From: Planctomycetota bacterium
Lineage (GTDB): Bacteria; Planctomycetota; UBA1135; UBA2386
Direction: 5' to 3'
Length of the DNA: 64,000 nucleotides
NCBI GenBank assembly: GCA_947444055.1
Contig: CANEYR010000004.1
Coordinates: 39,820-103,819, forward strand
Shown: positions 38,369 through 46,021 of the stretch, one piece after another
How positions within the stretch are numbered: the first letter of the stretch is position 1
How the letters are laid out: each line of letters starts with the position of its first letter
Notes under the pieces: model-generated
Seen by the model: only the letters and a program-made list of their open reading frames with translations
Told to the model about the DNA's origin: nothing
The model's database searches: none
Position numbers and translations under genes: made by a program

Positions 38369-40504
38369 TCAGAAGTGATTGACGAAGCTGCGCACGCCGT
38401 TGCTGGTGCTGGCGCCGAACGCGTTCAGCAGCCCAGGTGCTGTGAAGGCGGCGGCGGTGGCGAAGACTTCGGTGCCAGAGCCGACGCCGGCCGGAATCTG
38501 AAAGCTCGTGGTCTGGGTCGCGCTGGTGCCGACGAACGCATAGGTGACGTCGAGGGTGCCGACGTAGAACGAGCACAGCGGCATGCCGAGGTACGCGAGC
38601 GAGGTGCCGGCCAAGTCAGGGGTCAGACTGACGATGGTGACACCAAAGTAGGTGCCGCTGCTTGGGCTCGCCTCTGGGATGTTGTCGATCGTGTAGGTGA
38701 CCAGCGTGCCGTTGCTCGGCGTCGACACGGGTGCGGGCGAAGCGCTCAACAGCAAGGAATCGCAACCAGCGCCGTAGCTGGTGTGGGCGGCGGCTGGCAG
38801 GCATTCGGTCGCGAACGCACCTTGGCTTAGGTTCCAATAGGTTCCGGTCGGCGTCGTCTCGAGGCGCAGGGCGCGCACCATGTAGGTGGCAAAGCCAACC
38901 AATGGGGCCGGATCGGTGAAGGCGGTAGCCGCCACCGCCGACGGCGTGAGTCGGGTGAACGGGCCGGTTGGCGAAGCGCTGCGATAGACGTGGTAGCCCG
39001 CGACCGCATCCAAGGATGGCATCCAGGTGATGTTCGCTTGTGGCCAGACATCGACGATCGCGACCGCCGTCGCCGGCGCGATCACATGTTGGCGCAGGGT
39101 CGGATCGCCCATCAACGCCACGTGGATGAAGCGCCCGCCGTAGCCACCCATGCTGGTGTCGTTCTGGCTCAGCTTGGCACAGGCGCCGATCGATTCACCA
39201 AACGCCATCGAGTGGAACGACCAGTGCGGGCGACCGGCCCAGGCGTTGGCCAGGGTCCAGCCCGAGCACAGGGGCGCTCGCAGGAAGCTGTTGCCGACGT
39301 CCCAGTCGCCGAAGTAACTGCCGAACAACATCGTGAACACGCTGCGATTGCTGCTCGTTGCGAAGTCCGTGGTCGAGCCGATGCCGCCAGCGCTCGTGTA
39401 GCTGCCGCCGCCACATCCGTACGACCAGACGTAGCCGTTGCCGGTCGGCGTGTTGAGCGTCGTGAAGTAGTCCGCGGCGGTGACGTTGGTTGGTCCGACC
39501 AGCGAAGAGAAGTTGCGCCACCCCGACGCCGCGAAGGCCTCGCCCGAAAACCAGCCGAAGTTGTCGTCGATGACGGCGCGCTGGTCGGCCGCGAACACCT
39601 TCTGGCGGTAGTCGTGATTCTTGTCGAGGTACTGCTGCAGCAAGACGTCTTCACTGGCGGCGAAGGCCGACATGTTGGCGAGGTCGACGCGGCCGACGGC
39701 GAGATCGACGTCGCTCGGGATGATCGTCTGGTCGAACTTGCCATCGCCGGGAATGTTCCGGTTCTCTGGGCGCGACGCGGAGGTGGTGTTGACCGAGGTG
39801 TCGGTCCACGGGCCGTTGAGTTCGCCGTAGTAGAGGTCGGCGGGCCAAGCGCCTTGGTGATCGGGGTGGCCATCGGGTGCCAGCTGGCCCGAATACGGAA
39901 CCGGCACGTGTCCGAGCAAGAACACGGCGCGCGCTTGCAGCGGATTGGCGGCGACGTCGGCCGCGATCAGCGCCTTCACGCTGACGACGCTGGCGCTTGG
40001 CAGCACGTCGTGACGGAGCACGCGCCAGCCATCCCCGGTCATGTCGGTGATCAGGCGATCGAGGCGGCTGCCGAGCCCCGCGACTTTGGTGGCGTCGACG
40101 ATCAGGATCAGCGTGCCGCGGCTCTCGAAGGGCACGGCGTCGATGGCCGCGGTGAGCACGTTGCGACCGGCCACCGTGCCGAGCTTGTTGAACCAGTACT
40201 CGTAGCGCAGGCCAAGCAGCACGTTGTTGTCAGTCCACGTCGTCGCCGCCCCGCCGCCCGGCACCGTCACTGGCGTGCTCCACGCGGGGCTGCCAGGAAG
40301 TCGGCGATAGACCGAGTAGCTGGTGGCGGTGGGATCACTCGGCCAAGTGAATGTGATCGCGGGTGGGCTGCTGGCGACGGTGGCGCTCACCAGTACCGAG
40401 GCCTGTTGTGAGGTCTGCGCAAGCAGTTGGCCAGCCAGTGCAGCGAGCACAGCGATCGCAGTGGTGGTGCGCGCTGACGAGAGGAATCGTGACAAGTGGA
40501 GCAT
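38369..40504 (-). CDS. Large secreted hypothetical protein (signal peptide, FN3-like domain, shared C-terminal module)
   Basis: Signal peptide MLHLSRFL...ALAGQLLAQ. FN3-like segment PPAITFTWPSDPTATSYSVYRR...RYEYWF. The C-terminal 140 aa resemble the C-termini of the proteins at 54197..56140 and 56342..59119. Confidence 0.75.
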   Translation of the reverse strand: MLHLSRFLSSARTTTAIAVLAALAGQLLAQTSQQASVLVSATVASSPPAITFTWPSDPTATSYSVYRRLPGSPAWSTPVTVPGGGAATTWTDNNVLLGLRYEYWFNKLGTVAGRNVLTAAIDAVPFESRGTLILIVDATKVAGLGSRLDRLITDMTGDGWRVLRHDVLPSASVVSVKALIAADVAANPLQARAVFLLGHVPVPYSGQLAPDGHPDHQGAWPADLYYGELNGPWTDTSVNTTSASRPENRNIPGDGKFDQTIIPSDVDLAVGRVDLANMSAFAASEDVLLQQYLDKNHDYRQKVFAADQRAVIDDNFGWFSGEAFAASGWRNFSSLVGPTNVTAADYFTTLNTPTGNGYVWSYGCGGGSYTSAGGIGSTTDFATSSNRSVFTMLFGSYFGDWDVGNSFLRAPLCSGWTLANAWAGRPHWSFHSMAFGESIGACAKLSQNDTSMGGYGGRFIHVALMGDPTLRQHVIAPATAVAIVDVWPQANITWMPSLDAVAGYHVYRSASPTGPFTRLTPSAVAATAFTDPAPLVGFATYMVRALRLETTPTGTYWNLSQGAFATECLPAAAHTSYGAGCDSLLLSASPAPVSTPSNGTLVTYTIDNIPEASPSSGTYFGVTIVSLTPDLAGTSLAYLGMPLCSFYVGTLDVTYAFVGTSATQTTSFQIPAGVGSGTEVFATAAAFTAPGLLNAFGASTSNGVRSFVNHF

Positions 40505-40548
40505 GGTGCAGTCGGGGTGTGGGAGCGACGAAAGTACTCAGGGGTGGT

Positions 40549-41598
40549 TCATGCAAACACGTCCGCGAGTGACTTGGCGTCGAGCACACGATCGATCCAG
40601 GTGTCGAGTTGTGGTTGGCCCGCGGACTGCACGCGCTCGGCGATCTCCTTGGGCAATGGACCAAACCGCTTCGTCAGTTGGCGCAAGAGAACGTGCAACT
40701 GCCCTTCGCTACGCCCTTCGCGGCGTCCTTCGCTACGCCCTTCGCTACGCCCTTCGCGGCGTCCTTCGCTACGCCCTTCGCTACGCCCAAGGTCGCGACT
40801 CTCCAGTCGAATGCGTTGTCCAGTCGTCATCTTGAGGCCTTCTGGGTGATTGAGGTTCTTCGACAAAGCCATGTGTACTTGGTCCTCGGTGAGGTCGCTG
40901 TTGTCGACAAGATACCAGCCGATTGCGTCCAGCGAGACTTCAGGCAGAGGCGGTCCTTCGGATCGTTCTACCGCTTGCACTAGTTCGCCCCAGGAGTCGA
41001 TGGCTTCGAGCAGTTGGGCTGCATCGCAGTGCGTGACGGCGAACAGCGCGCGAATGGTCAGTCGTACCAGCGGCGAGACCTTCGCCTGTGCCCGCGTCGA
41101 TGGCTGCTGGCCGAGGTCGACGAGGATGGCCGGCAGCCGCGGGGCAAAGCGATCGAAGGGGGTCGTGGTCTCGCTGTGTTGGTGGTGGGTCAGGGGCGCC
41201 TGCCCGTGGTACGCGATGATCGGGACAACTGACGGCAGCGGTCCCTTGCGGCTGCGTTGCAACACATGCCGAAGGTGAACGACGTAGCGCAGCGTCTGGG
41301 CCAGCGCGTAACGCAACTGACCGCTCTTGTGCTCGATGATGAACCAGACCAGCTCGTCGGAATCGACGCGCTTGGCCACAAACACTAGGTCCGCGAAGTG
41401 CGACCGCAGGCGCACTCCGGGGATGCGTTCTTGCGCCGCGGCGAAGGTGCTCCAGTCGATCGCGTTGCGCACGCGCTTTGGCAGTACAGACTTGATCCAG
41501 GTGGCAGTGTGAATGGCGTGGCGGAAGGTGAAGTGAAACAGTTGGTCATGGTTGCTCGGCAAGCAGTGCCTCCACTGCCTGTGGAATTTCGAGGCCAA
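40549..41598 (-). CDS. Rpn/YhgA-like (PD-(D/E)XK) recombination-promoting nuclease family protein
   Basis: N-terminal HDQLFHFTF...LP, core ADLVF...IIEHKS...YHG. C-terminal part EGRxEG...LLRQLTKRFGPLPKEIAERVQSAG.PQLDTWIDRVLDAKSLADVF, as in Rpn C-terminal domains. TTG start uncertain. Confidence 0.8.
   Translation of the reverse strand: MASKFHRQWRHCLPSNHDQLFHFTFRHAIHTATWIKSVLPKRVRNAIDWSTFAAAQERIPGVRLRSHFADLVFVAKRVDSDELVWFIIEHKSGQLRYALAQTLRYVVHLRHVLQRSRKGPLPSVVPIIAYHGQAPLTHHQHSETTTPFDRFAPRLPAILVDLGQQPSTRAQAKVSPLVRLTIRALFAVTHCDAAQLLEAIDSWGELVQAVERSEGPPLPEVSLDAIGWYLVDNSDLTEDQVHMALSKNLNHPEGLKMTTGQRIRLESRDLGRSEGRSEGRREGRSEGRSEGRREGRSEGQLHVLLRQLTKRFGPLPKEIAERVQSAGQPQLDTWIDRVLDAKSLADVFA
40703..40786 (-). 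repeat. In-frame 12-bp tandem repeat x7 (two 36-bp super-units) inside the Rpn-like gene
   Basis: Units ccttcgctacgc / ccttcgcggcgt, read directly. They encode (GRSEGRSEGRRE)x2. Confidence 0.95.
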
Positions 41599-41635
41599 CT
41601 AACGATCAAGAATCCGGACTTTCGGCGCCGCCCGC

Positions 41636-42202
41636 TCAGCCGCGTCCTAATTCCACCCGCGGCACCACCCGTTCGTTGGCGTCGTCCAGTTCGAAGAAGG
41701 TCGGTTCTTCGATGCCCATCACACCGCCGACGAGGCTGGTCGGGAACGACTCGCGCAGGTTGCGTAGCTCGCGCACGTTGCCATTGAAGAAACGCCGCGC
41801 TGCCGCGATGCGGTCTTCGGTCGTCGCCAACTCGTCCTGCAAGGCGCGGAAGTTCGCATCGCTCTGCAACTGCGGGTAGCTCTCGACGACCGCGAACAGC
41901 GACTTCATGCCGAGCAGCAGCGCGTTCTCGTCTTTGCCTTGGCTGGCCGCCGAGCCGTGGTTGGCCATGGCGGTGTTGCGCAGGGTGACGACGCGCTCGA
42001 GCACTTCGGCTTCGTGCTTGGCGTAGCCCTTCACGGTGGCGACCAAGTTGGGGATCAGCTCGTAGCGGCGCTTGAGTTCGACGTCGATGTCGGACCAACT
42101 CTCCTTGAGGGCGTGCTTGCAGCGCACGAAGCGATTGTAGGTGGCGATCCACCACACGATCGGCAGCAGCGCCACGACGACCACGACGATCAGGATCTCC
42201 AT
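41636..42202 (-). CDS. lemA: LemA family protein
   Basis: N-terminal TM, then YNRFVRCKHALKESWSDIDVELKRRYELIPNLV...ELATTEDRIAAARRFFN. Confidence 0.9.
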   Translation of the reverse strand: MEILIVVVVVALLPIVWWIATYNRFVRCKHALKESWSDIDVELKRRYELIPNLVATVKGYAKHEAEVLERVVTLRNTAMANHGSAASQGKDENALLLGMKSLFAVVESYPQLQSDANFRALQDELATTEDRIAAARRFFNGNVRELRNLRESFPTSLVGGVMGIEEPTFFELDDANERVVPRVELGRG

Positions 42203-42891
42203 CAGGTCTCCATGTCAGAGATGAGGTGGCGTGGCCACAGTTCGCAGAAGCGGCGCAAGAACGTGATCTGCTCGCGGTAGCGGGCAGGATCCCAGCGACG
42301 CTGGCCGTCGCTGATGCACAAGGCGCCGCCTTCGAGGTCGAGCATGGGCGGCTTCTGTTCCAGCAGGAACTCCATCATGCGCGGGTGCAGCACGTCGTAG
42401 GCGAAGCGCTTGTCGTCGGACTGCACGTAGAACTTGCGGCTGAACTCAACGGACTCGAAGTCGATGTCGTCGAAGCCAAGCGCGCCCTTGACCTTGTCGA
42501 ACAGTCCCTCAGGGCGCACCAGCAAGGTCGGCGATGGCCATGGTGGGTGCACGATGAGGTAGCTGAAGCGATACGTCGTCGTGGTCGTGGACTTGCCGGT
42601 GCTGCGCGTCACCCGGTAACGGAAGTCGCCGAGTTGCAGTCGGCACGGCCGTCCGAACAACTCGCAGCTGCCGCGCATCGTGTTCTGGGCGACGCGGGAG
42701 TGGCCGCGGCGGAAGATCTCGAACTGCGCATAGTCGTCGTCGTGGCTGCTGTCGTCACCCGGCTGGTACTGCAAGCTGAGCTCGCTCGCCAGGGCTTGCA
42801 TCGCCGCGCGCCGCGCCTGTTCCGCCTTCCAGCTGAAGTAGACGGCGATGCCGACGATGGCGACGATGGCGACGATGACGAGCACTTCCAC
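42202..42891 (-). CDS. Membrane protein, DUF3137-like, translationally coupled to lemA
   Basis: A single TM, VLVIVAIVAIVGIAVYF, then a soluble domain ending ...DIDFESVEFSRKFYVQSDDKRFAYDVLHPRMMEFLL. The family assignment is from memory. The stop overlaps the lemA ATG (TGATG). GTG start at 42891 is proposed. Confidence 0.6.
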   Translation of the reverse strand: MEVLVIVAIVAIVGIAVYFSWKAEQARRAAMQALASELSLQYQPGDDSSHDDDYAQFEIFRRGHSRVAQNTMRGSCELFGRPCRLQLGDFRYRVTRSTGKSTTTTTYRFSYLIVHPPWPSPTLLVRPEGLFDKVKGALGFDDIDFESVEFSRKFYVQSDDKRFAYDVLHPRMMEFLLEQKPPMLDLEGGALCISDGQRRWDPARYREQITFLRRFCELWPRHLISDMET

Positions 42892-42978
42892 CAGGGCACG
42901 GTAATGCTGCGGGTTCGTGGTCGCGATGAGGAAGGTGGGCGCGGCGCCATCGACGCGACTCCCGGGCAGAACTTCTTC

Positions 42979-43173
42979 TTCAAAGTGCCGACGCTGTTCA
43001 ACGTGACGGCGACCGGACCGTACTACCACGACGGCAGCATGCCGACGTTGGCGGCAGCGGTGCAGAACATGGCGTTGATTCAGCTCGGACGCGAACTCAC
43101 CGCCGAGCAGGTCGCGTCGATCGTGACGTTCCTGCAGGCGTTGACTGGCAAGCGACCGCCGATCCTCGACTGA
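42979..43173 (+). pseudogene. Orphan 3' fragment of a di-haem cytochrome c peroxidase (CCP/MauG family) gene
   Basis: FKVPTLFNVTATGPYYHDGSMPTLAAAVQNMALIQLGRELTAEQVASIVTFLQALTG matches only the last roughly 64 aa of CCPs. No haem motifs or N-terminal part lie upstream. Confidence 0.7.
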
Positions 43174-43212
43174 TCCCCGAGTGACGATCGGCGGCGCGGC
43201 GTTGCGGCGACG

Positions 43213-44229
43213 CTACGCCAGGTCGGTGTCACCGAGGGTGAACCACCACGACTGCTGCAGAAACTCAGGCGTCATGCTGGCCAGGTGGATGGTGTGCACG
43301 AGGCGGCGTTGCAGCCACGTTGCCGAGGGCACCAGCAGGAAGCCCCGTTGCGTGAAGGCGCGCCATTCACTCGACCACTGCGGAAACACCGCCAACAGCC
43401 GCAGCCGTCCAAGCTCGTGTTGTCGGCGCGTCGCCACAGCGAGCAAGGCATCGATGGCGTCGCCATCGTGTTCGGGCACCAGCCAGTCGACGATCGTCGC
43501 CGCGTCGGGGGCGAGGCCTTGTGCGGGTCGCAACACGAGCAAGCCGCAGAGCTGTTCGCCGCGGCGCGCTGCCCACAGTTCGTACTCAGAGTGAGCGGGG
43601 TTTTGCTGGTAGCGCCACTGCAGGTAGCGCCGGTCGCGGCGCAGCAGGCAGCGTTTGTCTTTCGCGACTACGGCGTAGAGCGCATCGACCTCGGCTGGCA
43701 CGTCGTGAACCTGCTGGACGGTGATGCCACTTGGCATCGGCAGCGGCGGCAGCGCGCGGTCGCGGATCAGGTAGTCGATGACGCACAGCATCGTGTACTG
43801 CAGGTAGCGCTGGCCGATGCGGAACGCGTTGTCGATCGGCAGCCCGTAGCAGACGGCTTCGCCGGTCAGCAGGCACTGTTCGCCGAACTTGCCGCCGGTC
43901 TGCATGAACAGTCCCTGTCGCTGCAGCCCTTGCCGCCAACGCGGATGCGTCATCGAGTCGACGCAATGCACGAAGCGATGGGTACCCCACGGCGTGTCGG
44001 CGAGCATCGGCACGCCGGCGTATTGCGAGGCGACTGTGCCATCGCTGGCGACCGCGATCGTGATGCGATGGCCGACCGGGTTGGCCAGATATTGCCAAGC
44101 CCACTGCGCCATCGTGCGATCGACGAAGTCAGGGCCGCAGGTCTCGCGGAACACCAGATTGAAGGTGTCGAGGATGCGATGCTCGTCGCCGGGAAGGTAG
44201 CCGCGGATTTCGATGCCGTCCGTGCTCAT
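43213..44229 (-). CDS. GNAT-family acyltransferase (338 aa, two-lobed)
   Basis: IRGYLPGDEHRILDTFNLVF...IAVASDGTVASQY... is GNAT-like. The C-terminal half looks like a second acyltransferase-like lobe. Motif-level call only. Confidence 0.6.
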   Translation of the reverse strand: MSTDGIEIRGYLPGDEHRILDTFNLVFRETCGPDFVDRTMAQWAWQYLANPVGHRITIAVASDGTVASQYAGVPMLADTPWGTHRFVHCVDSMTHPRWRQGLQRQGLFMQTGGKFGEQCLLTGEAVCYGLPIDNAFRIGQRYLQYTMLCVIDYLIRDRALPPLPMPSGITVQQVHDVPAEVDALYAVVAKDKRCLLRRDRRYLQWRYQQNPAHSEYELWAARRGEQLCGLLVLRPAQGLAPDAATIVDWLVPEHDGDAIDALLAVATRRQHELGRLRLLAVFPQWSSEWRAFTQRGFLLVPSATWLQRRLVHTIHLASMTPEFLQQSWWFTLGDTDLA

Positions 44230-44259
44230 GGTTTCAGGCCAGCACGCGGGCGGCGTGTG

Positions 44260-44973
44260 TCAGGATGTTCGGCAAGTGGCCGCGCAGGGCGTGACCAGCT
44301 GCGGGCAAGAGCCAGAAGTCCTTGCGTGCGTGAGGTTGGCAAAGAAGCGCTGGCTCAGCGCCGCGGGAACGATCTCGTCGGCGGCACCATGCACGACCAT
44401 CACCGGCATCGGCAAGCGCTGCGGCAGGGTCGCTTCGTCGTGCTGCGCGGCGTCGGCCAAGACGTTCTCTTCGACCAAGAACGCTTCGCCGGTGATGGTG
44501 CGCAAGCAGCCGGCTGCATCCATGTGTTGGCGCATGTGCGCGACGTAACCAAACGCCGGTGCCAGCAGCAGCAGACCACGAACGAGGGCCGGCCGCTCGG
44601 CGGCGGCGAACGCGCCGATCAGCGCGCCGAGGCTCCAACCCACCAACAGCGCTGGGCCCGTGCGTTCGAGCACGGTGATCGTGTCCGCAACCAAGTCCGA
44701 TGTGGTGACGACGCCGAGCGTGCCGCTGCTGGCGCCGTGGCCGCGAAAATCAAAGCGGGCGGCGGCGCGGCCACCGGCCTGCGCGTGTTCGAACACCACA
44801 CTGCTTTGCTCGCCATTGCGGGACGCCCCAAAGCCATGCAAGTACACGTAGGCGGGGGCACAGCCGGGCAGCAGGTCGGTGACCAAGCGATGTCCGGGGG
44901 CTGGCTCGAGCATCACGGTCGGGATCGAGGCCATGCGCGCGCCGCATGGTAGGTGCGGCCGCAAGACGGTCAA
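44260..44973 (-). CDS. Alpha/beta hydrolase
   Basis: YLHGFGAS, nucleophile elbow GWSLGA, VMVVHGAADEIVP. Confidence 0.8.
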   Translation of the reverse strand: MTVLRPHLPCGARMASIPTVMLEPAPGHRLVTDLLPGCAPAYVYLHGFGASRNGEQSSVVFEHAQAGGRAAARFDFRGHGASSGTLGVVTTSDLVADTITVLERTGPALLVGWSLGALIGAFAAAERPALVRGLLLLAPAFGYVAHMRQHMDAAGCLRTITGEAFLVEENVLADAAQHDEATLPQRLPMPVMVVHGAADEIVPAALSQRFFANLTHARTSGSCPQLVTPCAATCRTS

Positions 44974-45038
44974 GGCGCGCCGCGAAGTGCACCAAGTGCA
45001 CGCTGGCCTCCGTGCCGTCGATCGCCGATACCACGCGC

Positions 45039-45293
45039 ATGGACATTACGATCTTCCACTGAACTTCCTGAGGCTTCGGCCCACGCGCAGCGGGTCTCGC
45101 TGCGCACATCGAAGACGCCCTCGGCGTCACCGTGAAGCGAGTCGCCGGCAAGTCCGGACAATTCGACGTCGTGGTCGACGGCAAGGTCATTGCCAGCCGC
45201 GGCGGCAGCATGCTGAAACGCATTCTCGGCGGTGGCTGGCCTGATCCCGAGGAAGTGATCCGCCTGCTCGAGCAGTTGCCGAAGTCGAAGTGA
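45039..45293 (+). CDS. Rdx (SelW/SelT/SelH)-family selenoprotein candidate with a U-x-x-U motif (two in-frame TGA)
   Basis: MDITIFH[TGA]TS[TGA]GFGPRAAGLAAHIEDALGVTVKRVAGKSGQFDVVVDGKVIASRGG...WPDPEEVIRLLEQL. The TGA codons are at 45060-62 and 45069-71, otherwise the frame is open to the TGA at 45291-93. A SECIS-like hairpin lies downstream. Confidence 0.7.
45074..45114 (+). promoter_or_regulatory. Bacterial SECIS-like stem-loop
   Basis: Upper stem GCGCAGCG (45085-92) / CGCTGCGC (45098-105), loop GGTCT. Lower stem CTTCG (45074-78) / CGAAG (45110-114). It starts 3 nt after the second TGA. Confidence 0.65.
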
Positions 45294-45323
45294 GCGCCGT
45301 TCCCCATTCGTGACCCGACGTCC

Positions 45324-45959
45324 GTGCCGCTCGTTCCGCTCGAACTGCTGCTCGATGCCTCCCCGCTGCCGCCCAAGGTGACGGCGCTGCTCGCCGACGC
45401 CGCCGTGCGCATCGATGCGTACTTTGCCAACCGGGCGGCTGGCACCGACGGCTTTGTGCCGTGCGACCACGAATTGGTCTACCGGGCTCTGCAGTCGCTG
45501 CGCGCCGATGCCTCCGTGGGGCGGCGATGGTGTGAGTGGGGCAGCGGCTTTGGCGTGGTCGCCGGCCTCGCCGCGTTGTTGGGCTTCGACGCCTGCGGCA
45601 TCGAAGTGGACGGGACGCTGGTCACTGCCTCGCGCGAGCTGCTGGCGGCCCACGCCTTGCGCGTCGAGATCTGGCCCGGCAGTTTCGTGCCCGATGCGTA
45701 TGCGGCGAGCGAACGGCTGTCGGATCTGGAGACGCGCACCGTGTTGTCGCAGGGTGATGCCTATGGCGACATGGAACGCGACATCGACGACTTCGACGTC
45801 ATCTATGCCTATCCGTGGCCGACTGAGGAGGAGCAGTACTGCGACTTGTTCCGTCGCCATGCCGATGTCGGCTCGGTGTTGTTGACGTTCTCGCGGACCG
45901 AAGGCGTGCGCGCCTATCGCAAGGTGGCGGGCCCTGGTCGCCGCCACCGATGCCCGTGA
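45324..45959 (+). CDS. Putative class I SAM-dependent methyltransferase
   Basis: WCEWGSGFGVVAGLAALLGFDACGIEVD is a motif I-like glycine-rich loop followed by an acidic residue. GTG start. Confidence 0.55.
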   Translation: MPLVPLELLLDASPLPPKVTALLADAAVRIDAYFANRAAGTDGFVPCDHELVYRALQSLRADASVGRRWCEWGSGFGVVAGLAALLGFDACGIEVDGTLVTASRELLAAHALRVEIWPGSFVPDAYAASERLSDLETRTVLSQGDAYGDMERDIDDFDVIYAYPWPTEEEQYCDLFRRHADVGSVLLTFSRTEGVRAYRKVAGPGRRHRCP

Positions 45960-46021
45960 TGCGCAGCCCGCCCTGACACGTTGCTGACGCGGCGCTCATG
46001 CCCCGGGCACATGCTGAGAGC

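Noticed and set aside
38369-40504. Considered calling the 711-aa secreted protein a clan CD (gingipain/C25-like) cysteine peptidase, based on LLGHVPVPYSG ... YGCGGGS
   Set aside because: The putative His and Cys are about 165 aa apart, far more than in clan CD enzymes, and I cannot align other family motifs. It is left as hypothetical.
40703-40786. Regular 12-bp repeats considered as a possible CRISPR or other array
   Set aside because: The units are contiguous with no spacers, in frame within the Rpn-like CDS, and encode a GRSEG-type peptide repeat. This is not a CRISPR array, and no cas genes lie nearby.
43213-44229. Considered the GNAT-family protein as the bacterial ceramide synthase (bCerS) partner of the SPT-like gene
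   Set aside because: It is 7 kb away, separated by unrelated genes, and I have no diagnostic motif for bCerS from memory. The link is pure speculation.
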